Assembly: GCA_947588825.1 (NCBI GenBank)
Contig: CANPZU010000002.1
Location: forward strand, 12,750-76,749
DNA length: 64,000 nt
Source: an uncultured Clostridia bacterium
GTDB lineage: Bacteria > Bacillota > Clostridia > Oscillospirales > CAG-272
Direction of reading: 5' to 3'
Shown: positions 33,329 to 42,611 of the stretch, in pieces
Layout of the letters: each line of letters begins with the position of its first letter
Position numbering within the stretch: the stretch's first letter is position 1
Program-made: the position numbers and the translations under genes
Notes under the pieces: generated by a model
What the model saw: only the letters and a program-made list of their open reading frames with translations
Told to the model about the DNA's origin: nothing
Databases searched by the model: none

Positions 33329-33700
33329 TCACAAATTCAGATCCTTAAGCCAAAAAAGGTATATAACATCTATCATGACCACCACAAGCATGGGCAAAAG
33401 CAGAATGATTATCGATTTTGCGAGCTTTTTGCCCTTCACTATGGCGGCAATAAATTTTTGCTTTTTCTGCTCCGACCAGCTGTCTCGAAGCATCTCGGGG
33501 GTCGGTATGTCCTTATTGAGTCCCCCGTTTAAAATGACGCAGGCAATAAGCAGCAAGCCGGTAAGGGAATAGAAGACCGTCATTCCTATCATGCTTTGCG
33601 CCCTTATTATAAGAATATACACGCCAATTACCACGATAAAGGAGATAACAAGCTTTATAAGAGTGCCGGTCGCTTGCTTTGAAGGCTTTGTCATTTTCAT
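33329..33700 (-). CDS. Hypothetical small membrane protein
   Basis: 123 aa with three hydrophobic segments. No recognisable family. Confidence 0.4.
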   Translation of the reverse strand: MKMTKPSKQATGTLIKLVISFIVVIGVYILIIRAQSMIGMTVFYSLTGLLLIACVILNGGLNKDIPTPEMLRDSWSEQKKQKFIAAIVKGKKLAKSIIILLLPMLVVVMIDVIYLFWLKDLNL

Positions 33701-33730
33701 AATATCAATATCACCTTTTTAATTCTCAAT

Positions 33731-33770
33731 GTTCAAAAATGTTCAAAAACGTTCAAAAACGTTCAAAAAC
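33731..33770. repeat. 10-bp tandem repeat x4 (GTTCAAAAAY), phased A5 tracts
   Basis: gttcaaaaat, then gttcaaaaac x3. On the minus strand each unit carries TTGAAC, 30-70 nt upstream of the 33700 start. Confidence 0.85.
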
Positions 33771-33790
33771 ACGCTCAATCCGAGTACGTT

Positions 33791-35077
33791 TCACAGGGTG
33801 CATATCGCCCCTTCGGGACGTATGCGAAGTATGTGAGTGCTTCCCTTTCCGAACACCGGGTCGATAAGCTCACGCAGCCCGACGCAATAGCTCTCCGGCA
33901 CAAAGACCTGTATGGTCCCCGCAAAGCCTCCGCCGTGCACCCGGCAGGCGCAGGGCTCCTTTACGGTTTTCAAATATTCCTCGCTGAGCGCCAGGGCCAG
34001 GGAAAGTCCCTGCTCTTTTATATTCTTTACGGTGTACACATTTTGCAAATATTTAAAGGAGCTGTTGCCCGAAGCGACGATTCCTTCAAAAAACTTTTGT
34101 ATGTTTCCCTCTTCGAGCGCCTTGTAAATGGCGTCGACCCTGTCGTTTTCGGTTATAAAATGCAGCGCACGAAGCAGAGCGCGATCTCCGAGCTTCCGGC
34201 GTATCTCGGGAATACAGGAGTAAAGCTCCTTGTAATCGGTCTGTCTCAGCACCTCTTTGCCAAGTAACGCCGCAACGGCTTTCATTTCGGCGGGAATGGA
34301 GGCATAGTCCTCGTTGAGGTCGGCGTGATTTCCGCCCGTGTCGATTATGCAGAGCGAATATCCTTTTGCCGAAAGGTCAAAATCTATTTTTTTGACGATC
34401 GGATTCTTCGGATCCTCAAAATCGATGCCGATAAAGCCTCCCACGGCGCAGGCCATTTGGTCCATCAGTCCGCACGGCTTGCCGAAGAAAACGTTTTCGG
34501 CGTATTGAGCTATCTTCGCTATCTCGATATCGGAAATGTCGTTTTCATACAGCGTGCGCATGATGTTGCCGACCATAACCTCGAACGCCGCGGAGGAGGA
34601 AAGACCGCTTCCCTTGAATACGTTTGAGGTGGTATAGGCGCAGAAGGGGCCCGACTTATATCCGTTTTTAATAAAGCCGTCGTACATGCCGCCTATCACG
34701 GCGTATGAGGTAAAATACCTCTCGGGATCGACCTTGATATCGCAAATACGCACCTCGTCCTCGGGAAAGCCCTCGCTCTTGATCCTTATAAAGTCTCCGC
34801 CATCCTCCTTTGCGGCGACGGCGATTATATCAAGGTTTATAGAGGCGGCAAGCACCTTGCCGTGATTGTGGTCGGTATGATTGCCTGAAACCTCGGTCCT
34901 TCCCGGCACCGAGAAGAGTCTTACACCCTCCCTGTCGCCGTAATGGTGTATAAAGCCCTCGGCCGCCTTTATATAACGTTCCCTTTGGGATAAAACGCCG
35001 TCCCAGCCGTAAAGAGCGGCAAGCGTATTGTCAAGCTCTCCGCGTGAAATATAGGATATAAGCTCGGTAGTTTTCAT
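33791..35077 (-). CDS. galK: Galactokinase
   Basis: ..PGRTEVSGNHTDHNHG.. and ..GSGLSSSAA.. (GHMP kinase motif). Confidence 0.9.
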   Translation of the reverse strand: MKTTELISYISRGELDNTLAALYGWDGVLSQRERYIKAAEGFIHHYGDREGVRLFSVPGRTEVSGNHTDHNHGKVLAASINLDIIAVAAKEDGGDFIRIKSEGFPEDEVRICDIKVDPERYFTSYAVIGGMYDGFIKNGYKSGPFCAYTTSNVFKGSGLSSSAAFEVMVGNIMRTLYENDISDIEIAKIAQYAENVFFGKPCGLMDQMACAVGGFIGIDFEDPKNPIVKKIDFDLSAKGYSLCIIDTGGNHADLNEDYASIPAEMKAVAALLGKEVLRQTDYKELYSCIPEIRRKLGDRALLRALHFITENDRVDAIYKALEEGNIQKFFEGIVASGNSSFKYLQNVYTVKNIKEQGLSLALALSEEYLKTVKEPCACRVHGGGFAGTIQVFVPESYCVGLRELIDPVFGKGSTHILRIRPEGAICTL

Positions 35078-35262
35078 ATTATTGTAACCTTTCAGTCATT
35101 TATATTTTGCAAGCAGTTGAATATTTTATGTATTTTGAGCCGACATGAGCAGACAAGATTCACTTTTTCGTCCGCCCGGCAGGCCGTATCACCGATTTAT
35201 TGTATCATAAATTATAATAAAACAATTGGTTTATATAATAAACTTTCTGTAAATAATGCGCC

Positions 35263-35772
35263 TTATGAGAGATTCCACGGCAGCTTTACTCTCTTTATTG
35301 CCACCGCCGAAAGAATACCCACGAGCGTCCCGCTTATAAGTCCGCTTATCATGAGCGCCGGCAGATAGCCGACAAGCAAAGCGGTATCTGTGACGGCAAG
35401 CGCGAGAGCAAGTTGACCGGCGTTGTGAAAAATGCCGCCGCAGATGCTTGTCCCCGTGACGCCGAGCAATTCGGTTTTTTTTACGAAAGTCATGAGCGCA
35501 AGCGAAAGCAGCGCACCGCAAAGCGCGTAAAGACTTGCAAAAAGTCCGCTGAAGGCAAAGCCTGCAAGTATCACTCTCGCAAGGGATATAAAAAGCGCGT
35601 CCCTTGCTCCCAGTCTGTATAGGGCGAACACGGTCACAATATTTGCAATTCCCGCCTTCACTCCGGGGACCGCCGTGAAAACAGGCAGCAGACTTTCAAG
35701 AAAAGAGAGGATAAAAGCAAGACAGACAAGCATACCGACAGTGGCGACACGCGCCGTTTTACCGTTTTTCAC
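35263..35772 (-). CDS. Gx transporter family protein (heptaprenyl-diphosphate-synthase component I-like membrane protein)
   Basis: 169 aa, GTG start after GGGGGAG. ..LESLLP...PG.K.G.ANI.. is typical of this family. It is commonly linked to ApbE/Rnf. Confidence 0.6.
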   Translation of the reverse strand: MKNGKTARVATVGMLVCLAFILSFLESLLPVFTAVPGVKAGIANIVTVFALYRLGARDALFISLARVILAGFAFSGLFASLYALCGALLSLALMTFVKKTELLGVTGTSICGGIFHNAGQLALALAVTDTALLVGYLPALMISGLISGTLVGILSAVAIKRVKLPWNLS

Positions 35773-35781
35773 AAGCTCCCC

Positions 35782-36156
35782 CTATCCGATCACTATATCG
35801 TCCGCAAAGTCGCTTGAGTCGTCCTCAATGACAACAATCACACGATTCGGCAGACAGATGATACTCTGCCCGACCCTTGATATTTTTCCTTGCTTAACAC
35901 AGGTCTTGTCCGGACAGCGGGCGCTTTCCATATACACAGAGCCCGAAGAGATTATAAGTCGGTTGGAATCACCTATGTCTATAGAGGCGTCGGTATCAAG
36001 CAAATAGCGGCCGTAAAGCTCGCCGTTGACCTCCACCCTCACGTATTTTCCCTGCCTTCCCGAGGACGCAAATAAAAGCAGCAAAAGAATTGAAATAAAG
36101 AGCAGCAGAGAAAAAAGAATTATGTCGTTCCTTGTTTTTTTGCTAACCTTTATCAT
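35782..36156 (-). CDS. NusG domain II-containing protein (DUF1312)
   Basis: 124 aa with an N-terminal TM segment and ..CPDKTCVKQGKISRVGQSIICLPNRVIV... Confidence 0.6.
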   Translation of the reverse strand: MIKVSKKTRNDIILFSLLLFISILLLLLFASSGRQGKYVRVEVNGELYGRYLLDTDASIDIGDSNRLIISSGSVYMESARCPDKTCVKQGKISRVGQSIICLPNRVIVVIEDDSSDFADDIVIG

Positions 36157-36159
36157 AAA

Positions 36160-37209
36160 TCATAAAGTAAGCTCCTTTGCCCTTTCGTTTTTGAAGACCT
36201 TATTGTCGGGCGTCACCCATATAACGGCGACTCCGAAGGAATCGGCGATTTGCTCTCCCTTTTCAAGATCGGTGACAAAAAGCGCGGTAGAGAGCGCGTC
36301 GCCCAAAAGCGGGCTTTCGGCGATGACTGTCACCTGAGTAAAATTCCTGCCCGGGTACATCGTACTCGGGTCGATTATGTGGTGATACTTCACCCCGTTC
36401 ACAAGGTAGTATCTTTGATAATCCCCGCTTGTGACCGCAGAAAGATCGCTGCATTTAAAGCTCAAAAGCTCTCCCTTATCAAACGGAGAATTCACTCCTA
36501 TGCTCCAGTCTCCCCCGCCGTTCGGCTTTTTGCCGTATACGGCAACGTTTCCGCCGAGGTTTATCACCGCTGCCGATATTTCGGTATCCGGCATCAGCGC
36601 CAGTACGCGCTCGCAAGCGTACCCCTTTGCAATCGCGCCGACGTCAAGGCTCATAAGTTTATCCTCGATATACACCGTGCTTTGGTCGTGATCGATCACA
36701 AGAGAATCGATGGACGAATGCAGCCTCGCCTGCGCGAGCTCCTCTTTTTCGGGAAGAACCTCCTCTGCCCTATCACGGTACTCTTTCCAAATGTCAAGAA
36801 GCGCTCCCATTGAGATATCAAGCGCCTTATCAGTCTTATCGTACATAAGCTTTGCGTACTCAAGAAGCTCAATCACCCTTTGGTCGGTCTTGACATTTGA
36901 GATACCGGCATTTTTGTTCACGGTGCGCAGATTGTTTATCCCCTCGTACTCGTTGTAAATGTCAAAAAGGCGATGACAGGTAAGGAGCTCTTCGTATATC
37001 ATATCGCAGCCCTTTTGAAAGTCGTCGGCGCTTGAAGCGTACCCTCTTATCACCGTCGCCGTGTCAAAAAGGTCGTAATAGGACGTCTCGTACATGGGAG
37101 TCTCAAAAGCGCAGGAGGCAAAAAAGAAAGGCAAAGAAAGGCAAAAAGCCAAAAGTGCTGCAAAGCCTCTTATATTACCGTTACCGTTACGCCTCATTTT
37201 GCAAAACAA
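36160..37209 (-). CDS. apbE: FAD:protein FMN transferase ApbE (lipoprotein)
   Basis: Lipobox ..FFASC and ..DVGAIAKGYA.. The start is ambiguous: TTG 37209 or ATG 37197, both overlapping the rnfB 3' end. Confidence 0.85.
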   Translation of the reverse strand: MFCKMRRNGNGNIRGFAALLAFCLSLPFFFASCAFETPMYETSYYDLFDTATVIRGYASSADDFQKGCDMIYEELLTCHRLFDIYNEYEGINNLRTVNKNAGISNVKTDQRVIELLEYAKLMYDKTDKALDISMGALLDIWKEYRDRAEEVLPEKEELAQARLHSSIDSLVIDHDQSTVYIEDKLMSLDVGAIAKGYACERVLALMPDTEISAAVINLGGNVAVYGKKPNGGGDWSIGVNSPFDKGELLSFKCSDLSAVTSGDYQRYYLVNGVKYHHIIDPSTMYPGRNFTQVTVIAESPLLGDALSTALFVTDLEKGEQIADSFGVAVIWVTPDNKVFKNERAKELTL

Positions 37210-38002
37210 AAGAGGAGATGACCTTTGAAGGGCACTTATTCGCGCAGGTCATACAACCGCTGCAAAGGGAGAGATCCACCGACGGGAGATTGTTTTCCAT
37301 TTTTATCGCCTTTTCGGGGCAGAGCTTTTCGCATATTCCGCAGCCTATACAGCCCGCGCCGCAGACGTTCTTCACGTCCTTGAGCCTGTCGCGCGAGACG
37401 CAGCTTACAAGAGGCATCTTTTTGTAATCGACTATCTCGATTATTCCCTTCGGGCAGACCCTGGCGCATTCGCCGCATCCGCGGCATTTGTCGGCATCTA
37501 TCCTTGCCAGTCCGTCTATTACCTTTATTCCGTTAAAAGAGCAGACCTCGACGCAGCTTCCGAACCCTATGCACCCGTAGTAACAGCCCTTTCCGCCCGC
37601 CGAGGGCGAAAGAGCGGCAACGCGGCAGTCTCGCACGCCGACATAGTCGGCGGTCCGTTTTGCCACGTCGCAGCTTCCCAAGCATTTGACGTGCGCGACC
37701 CTGCGCACGCTTTTTTCCGCTTTTTTGCCAAGTATCTGCGCGATGCTCTCGGCAACCGCGTCGCCCCCGACGACGCAGGCGTTCACGGGCGCGTTTCCGA
37801 GGGCTATTTCCTTTGCAAGCGCATCGCAGGAGGCGTATCCGCAGCCGCCGCAGTTGTTGGAGGGCAGACACTCTCTCACCTTTGATTCAAGCTCGTTGGC
37901 GGGCACCTTCAAAAATATTCCCGAAATTCCGAGAAAGAGGCCGACAAGCAGGCCCACGGCGCCTACAAGACCCGCAGTTATCAGTATCGAAACCATATCC
38001 AT
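37187..38002 (-). CDS. rnfB: Rnf electron-transport complex subunit B (polyferredoxin)
   Basis: N-terminal TM segment, ..LP..NCGGCGY..C.. and several CxxCxxCxxxCP motifs. Confidence 0.88.
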   Translation of the reverse strand: MDMVSILITAGLVGAVGLLVGLFLGISGIFLKVPANELESKVRECLPSNNCGGCGYASCDALAKEIALGNAPVNACVVGGDAVAESIAQILGKKAEKSVRRVAHVKCLGSCDVAKRTADYVGVRDCRVAALSPSAGGKGCYYGCIGFGSCVEVCSFNGIKVIDGLARIDADKCRGCGECARVCPKGIIEIVDYKKMPLVSCVSRDRLKDVKNVCGAGCIGCGICEKLCPEKAIKMENNLPSVDLSLCSGCMTCANKCPSKVISSFVLQNEA

Positions 38003-38034
38003 TCTTAGTTTCCCCGTTTTTGATCAAAATTTCA

Positions 38035-38077
38035 TTTCAATATTATTTCAATATTTCAATATTTCAATATTTCAATT
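38035..38077. repeat. 8-bp tandem repeat x5 (TTTCAATA) inside the rnfA-rnfB spacer
   Basis: Units at 38035, 38046, 38054, 38062 and 38070, read directly. Confidence 0.8.
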
Positions 38078-38098
38078 TTTCATTTAAATATTTCAAAA

Positions 38099-38677
38099 TT
38101 ACAGATTGATGCCCGAAAACCCGAAAAACGCCATAGCCATAAGTCCCGAAACAAGAAGCGTCAGCGGCATTCCGCGAAAGCTTTCGGGAACCTTTGTAAG
38201 ATCAAGGCTTTCTCTGATGGCGGCCATTATAATAATGGCAAGCGCGAAGCCGCAGGCGGTTCCAAAGCCCGAAAGAGTGCTCATAAGCAGTCCGTATCCG
38301 TTTTGAACGTTGGTAAGGGCGACGCCAAGCACCGCGCAGTTGGTGGTAATCAGAGGCAGGTAAACTCCGAGCGCCTCATAAAGCGGGCGCGAAAACTTTT
38401 TAAGGAACATCTCGATAAACTGGACAAGCGCGGCGATTATGAGAATGAACACTATGGTTGAAAGATATGTAAGCCCAAGCGTCTCGAGCACATAAGTGTA
38501 TATCAAAGAGGAGAGCGCCGAAGATACGGTTATAACAAATATGACGGCGATTCCCATGCCGTTTGCCGTTTTCAGATACCTCGACACGCCGAGAAAGGGA
38601 CAAAGTCCCAAAAACTGACTGAGCACCACGTTGTTTACAAGTATTGTGGTAAACAGCACAAGAAGGAGGTTCGTCAT
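38099..38677 (-). CDS. rnfA: Rnf complex subunit A
   Basis: 192 aa with ..NNVVLSQFLGLCPFLGVS.. as in canonical RnfA/NqrE-like proteins. Confidence 0.92.
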   Translation of the reverse strand: MTNLLLVLFTTILVNNVVLSQFLGLCPFLGVSRYLKTANGMGIAVIFVITVSSALSSLIYTYVLETLGLTYLSTIVFILIIAALVQFIEMFLKKFSRPLYEALGVYLPLITTNCAVLGVALTNVQNGYGLLMSTLSGFGTACGFALAIIIMAAIRESLDLTKVPESFRGMPLTLLVSGLMAMAFFGFSGINL

Positions 38678-39372
38678 GCCTTTTCATCCTCCTTTTTTTC
38701 GCTCTTTTCAAGGTTTTTTGAGCAGAGGTTGCAGCCTATGCACTGACCGACGCAGCTGTCGGCGCTGATTTTTTCCCGCTTTTTCCTTGACACGAGCCTG
38801 TTTCTCAGCGCGACGAGCATAGCAAGCACGAAGAACGCTCCTGGAGCCAGCACTATCATGGCAATAGGCTCGTACCACGAGGGCATAACGTTTATTCCGA
38901 AGACGCTTCCGTTGCCGAGCAGCTCACGTATGCAGCCTATTACGGTAAGCGCCATTGTGAAGCCGAGCCCCATTCCTATTCCGTCAAAAACCGACAAAAG
39001 AACGGGATTTTTACCCGCGTAAGCCTCCGCACGGCCGAGAATGATGCAGTTGACGACAATCAGCGGTATGTAAATTCCCAGCGCCGAGTAAATGGAACGC
39101 ACATATGCCTGAAGCAGCAGCTCAAGCACCGTTACAAGCGAAGCAACTATCACGATGTAGGCGGGGACCCTCACACCCGAGGGTATAACCTTTCGAAGGA
39201 GCGAGATTATAAAGTTTGACATTATGAGCACTGCGGCCGCCGAAAGTCCCATTCCGAGGCCGTTTATCGCGCTTGTGGTGACGGCGAGCGTCGGGCACAT
39301 GCCAAGCAGCAGCACAAAGGTGGGATTTTCCTTTATAATGCCGTTGTAAAGCCGTTCGCTTACTTTATTCAT
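38674..39372 (-). CDS. rnfE: Rnf complex subunit E
   Basis: ..ENPTFVLLLGMCPTLAVT.. as in canonical RnfE/NqrD-like proteins. It overlaps rnfA by 4 nt. Confidence 0.92.
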   Translation of the reverse strand: MNKVSERLYNGIIKENPTFVLLLGMCPTLAVTTSAINGLGMGLSAAAVLIMSNFIISLLRKVIPSGVRVPAYIVIVASLVTVLELLLQAYVRSIYSALGIYIPLIVVNCIILGRAEAYAGKNPVLLSVFDGIGMGLGFTMALTVIGCIRELLGNGSVFGINVMPSWYEPIAMIVLAPGAFFVLAMLVALRNRLVSRKKREKISADSCVGQCIGCNLCSKNLEKSEKKEDEKA

Positions 39373-39426
39373 ATGTAACTACCTGCCTTTCCTACTTACT
39401 TAAAACTCTTAAAACCGCTTCGCGCC

Positions 39427-40017
39427 TTATTTCTCGGAAGGCATAAGCAGCGTGTGAGCGAGGTCTATCCCGCAGTTGACCGCTTCAAGAACGGCGTTTG
39501 TCGTAAAGGTCGCTCCGCTTATCGCGTCGATTTCTCCCTCGGCCGACTTGCCGTCCTTAACGGCAACTATACTGCCGACCCCTATCCCGACAAACTGCTC
39601 CTGAAAATCATCCGAGGTGCACTTTGCGCCAAGGCCGGGCGTCTCGCTCATAGACAGCACCGTCATGCCCTGCAGAATCCCTTGCTCGGATATCCCCAAG
39701 GCGAGGGTTATGTCGCCGACGTACCCGCTTTTTGAAGTCAGCTTCATGACCCAGCCTAAAGTCTCTTTGTCCTTGCTCAGCGCAATCTTTACCTCGTCTA
39801 CCGTTACGTTCTCGGGCGCCTTGTAGGCGCTTATGTCACTTGTCAATTCCTCAAAAGAGTCAGCTTCGTTATATACCGCGCGGTATGCCTCAAGAGCCGC
39901 CTCTTCCTGCGCGCGCTTTATCGGCTCTTTCGTGATATCATGCACGAAAGCAAGGGAGAGTCCCGCGATAAGAGTGATGGCAAGCAGTATCAATGCGTTT
40001 TTTATTATCGATTTCAT
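39427..40017 (-). CDS. rnfG: Rnf complex subunit G (FMN-binding)
   Basis: N-terminal TM segment plus ..IDAISGATFTTNAV.. (FMN-binding S/T site). Confidence 0.85.
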   Translation of the reverse strand: MKSIIKNALILLAITLIAGLSLAFVHDITKEPIKRAQEEAALEAYRAVYNEADSFEELTSDISAYKAPENVTVDEVKIALSKDKETLGWVMKLTSKSGYVGDITLALGISEQGILQGMTVLSMSETPGLGAKCTSDDFQEQFVGIGVGSIVAVKDGKSAEGEIDAISGATFTTNAVLEAVNCGIDLAHTLLMPSEK

Positions 40018-40040
40018 GTCTTTTACCTACCCGCCTTTTC

Positions 40041-41039
40041 TCAAGCGTTTTCAAACGGTATCGGCTTGCTTCTCTTTCCGAAATACGAGGGAGTCAGCAG
40101 CCGGTCAATGAGGGGAGAGAGCATATTGCCGATTATTATGGCATAGGAAACTCCCTCCGCGCTGCCGCTAAGCAGCCTTATTATCGCGGTGATAAGTCCG
40201 AGCAGCACGGCGAATATAAACTGTCCCAGGGGGGTCGACGGGTTTGTGACATAGTCGGTCGCCATGAAAAAGGCGCCGAGCAGCAGTCCGCCACCGCATA
40301 TCTGAGCCACCATGTAGTCAATCGTTATAAGCTCCGCATCCCCTTTTATTATAAGAATCAACGCTATGAATACAGCGCTTGAAATTATATAGGTAAAGGG
40401 TATACGAGCAGCTATCGTTCGACGTATCAGCAGATAAGCGGCGCCTATTAATATCGCGATAACCGAAGCCTCGCCTATACAGCCCGTATGCATGTCGGTA
40501 AGCATCGTGAACCAGTTAATGCTTTCGCCGCTTGCCACAGACTTCAGGGGAGTCGCCTCGCTCGTGACCTTTGTGAAAGTGGAAATCAGCCTCACCGTCG
40601 AAGGATAAGTGGTCATTATACCTGCAAAGGATATAAGAAGGAAAACTCTTGCCGAGAGAGCGGGGTTCATAAAGTTATGCCCCAAGCCTCCAAAGAGCAT
40701 CTTCGTGATTATAATCGCAAATGCCGAGCCGAGCACCGGGACCCAAAGAGGTACGGTCGCGGGCAGATTTATGGCAAGTATCGCGCCGGTCACCGCCGCC
40801 GACAAATCGCCCACCGTCAAAGGCTGCCTTGTCAGCTTTTCGTACAAAAGCTCAAAGCCTATGCAGCTTATGATGCTTATCAGTATTATAAGCAAGGCCC
40901 TGATACCGAAGGCAAACACTCCGGCGCCGCACACGGGTATGAGAGCGATGAGCACGTCGAGCATTATACCCCTTGTGGTCAGCTTCCCGCGCAGATGAGG
41001 CGAGCTCGATATGGCAAATCTTGTTTCGGATTCATTCAT
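40041..41039 (-). CDS. rnfD: Rnf complex subunit D
   Basis: ..SSSPHLR.., a polytopic membrane protein, and ..GGLLLGAFFMATDYVT.. (flavinylation site region). Confidence 0.92.
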   Translation of the reverse strand: MNESETRFAISSSPHLRGKLTTRGIMLDVLIALIPVCGAGVFAFGIRALLIILISIISCIGFELLYEKLTRQPLTVGDLSAAVTGAILAINLPATVPLWVPVLGSAFAIIITKMLFGGLGHNFMNPALSARVFLLISFAGIMTTYPSTVRLISTFTKVTSEATPLKSVASGESINWFTMLTDMHTGCIGEASVIAILIGAAYLLIRRTIAARIPFTYIISSAVFIALILIIKGDAELITIDYMVAQICGGGLLLGAFFMATDYVTNPSTPLGQFIFAVLLGLITAIIRLLSGSAEGVSYAIIIGNMLSPLIDRLLTPSYFGKRSKPIPFENA

Positions 41040-42349
41040 TTCTTTTTCCTAACCTCCGATTTTCCGTAGCGAATTGTCTGCACAAGAGGCCGCTTGGCAG
41101 GGCAAATATAAGCGCAGCTGCCGCACTCTATGCACTCAAGCCCTCCGTATTTGGTGAACAGCTCAAGGTTATTTGAATTCACCGCAAAGGCAAGTCTTGT
41201 GGGAAAGAGCCGTTCGGGACACACGTTGGCGCATTTGCCGCACCTTATGCACTCGGTCATATTCGAATCCTCGATATCATCGCGCAGCAGCGCGACATAC
41301 GCCGAGGAGGTCTTGTATACGGGAATGTCGGTCGAGGAAAGGGAAACTCCCATCATCGGTCCTCCCGAGAGAAGCTTTCTTGTCTTCGGGCTTATTCCGC
41401 CCGCCGCCTCAAGCAGCTCGGAAAGCATCATCCCCAGCGGGACCTCGAGATTGCAGGGCGAGTTGGCGCCCTCTCCCGTTACTGTGACTATTCTGCTTGT
41501 CACGGGTCTGCTCTCATACAAAGCGTCGTATACGGCGACGGCGCTCGAAACGTTCAAAACTATGCATCCCTTGTCGGCGGGCAGCAGCTTTGAATTCAGC
41601 TTCATGCCGGTGAGCGCGTAGATAAGCATCCTCTCGCCGCCCTGCGGATATTTTGTCCTGAGCGGCTTTACCGCAACAGTCGGCTCGTCGCACGCGAGAG
41701 CACTCATGTGCTCTATCGCGTCGGGCTTGTTTGCTTCAATTCCGATAAGCACCCGAGAACCGGGAAAAATGCGGCTGAGAGCCAGCGTTCCCTTAATGAT
41801 CTTTTCGCCCCTTTCGAGCATAAGACGGTGGTCGCACGTTATGTAGGGCTCGCATTCCGCGGCGTTTACTATTATGTATTTTATTTTCTGCGTCGGCTTT
41901 GGACTCAGCTTTACCGCAAGCGGAAAACCCGCGCCGCCCATTCCTATTATACCGCTGTCCGCTATTATTTGCTTTATTTGTTCGGGAGAAAGAGAGGCAA
42001 TGTCGCGAGGCGTACCGTATCCTTGCTCAACCTCGTCCGTTTTGTCGTTTTCTATCACTATCGACATGATTTTAGAATTGTTGTCGGTAAGGCGGGGCTC
42101 TATCGCTTTGACCTTTCCCGAAACCGAAGAGTGAATGTTCTCTCCGACAAAACCGCCCGCCTTGGCAATCAGGGTGCCGATTTTTACCCTTTGACCAACC
42201 TCGACCGCCGGCAGCGAAGGCGCGCCTATGTGTTTTGAAAGCGGAAACACAAGGATGTCTTTGGCGCTGACCTTTCGTATGGGAGCGTCAGATGATAATC
42301 CCTTGCCGTCGGGCGGATGTACTCCGCCTATAAATGTCTTTGTTTTCAT
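41036..42349 (-). CDS. rnfC: Rnf complex subunit C
   Basis: Start at ATG 42349, 13 nt after AAGGAGG. ..GIIGMGGAGFP.. and two CxxCxxCxxxCP clusters are present. Confidence 0.92.
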   Translation of the reverse strand: MKTKTFIGGVHPPDGKGLSSDAPIRKVSAKDILVFPLSKHIGAPSLPAVEVGQRVKIGTLIAKAGGFVGENIHSSVSGKVKAIEPRLTDNNSKIMSIVIENDKTDEVEQGYGTPRDIASLSPEQIKQIIADSGIIGMGGAGFPLAVKLSPKPTQKIKYIIVNAAECEPYITCDHRLMLERGEKIIKGTLALSRIFPGSRVLIGIEANKPDAIEHMSALACDEPTVAVKPLRTKYPQGGERMLIYALTGMKLNSKLLPADKGCIVLNVSSAVAVYDALYESRPVTSRIVTVTGEGANSPCNLEVPLGMMLSELLEAAGGISPKTRKLLSGGPMMGVSLSSTDIPVYKTSSAYVALLRDDIEDSNMTECIRCGKCANVCPERLFPTRLAFAVNSNNLELFTKYGGLECIECGSCAYICPAKRPLVQTIRYGKSEVRKKK

Positions 42350-42447
42350 TTTGTCAAGCGCTTCCTCCTTAGTGCCGCAGCTCCCGAAAATTGTCATATT
42401 ATGTCTTGCTTTCGGGAAAAGGCGGTCCGTTATGCTTTTATGATTAT

Positions 42448-42476
42448 ATTATAGCAGACTTTTTCGAATTTGTCGA
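42448..42476 (-). promoter_or_regulatory. rnf operon promoter (TCGACA-17-TATAAT, with TGC just upstream of the -10)
   Basis: The minus strand reads TCGACAaattcgaaaaagtctgcTATAAT. Confidence 0.55.
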
Positions 42477-42576
42477 TATGATTTTGATTTTTCTATAATT
42501 TTATACAAAAGGCGGGTTTTTGTTCGACGCTCGTTATTTGTCATGAAAAGTTTACAATTGAAATTTTGCAAAGCTA

Positions 42577-42605
42577 TTGACAAGGGCAGGCAAAAGAATT
42601 ATAGT
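42577..42605 (+). promoter_or_regulatory. Promoter of the polyamine-operon leader (TTGACA-17-TATAGT)
   Basis: TTGACAagggcaggcaaaagaatTATAGT. Confidence 0.55.
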
Positions 42606-42611
42606 ATGCTT

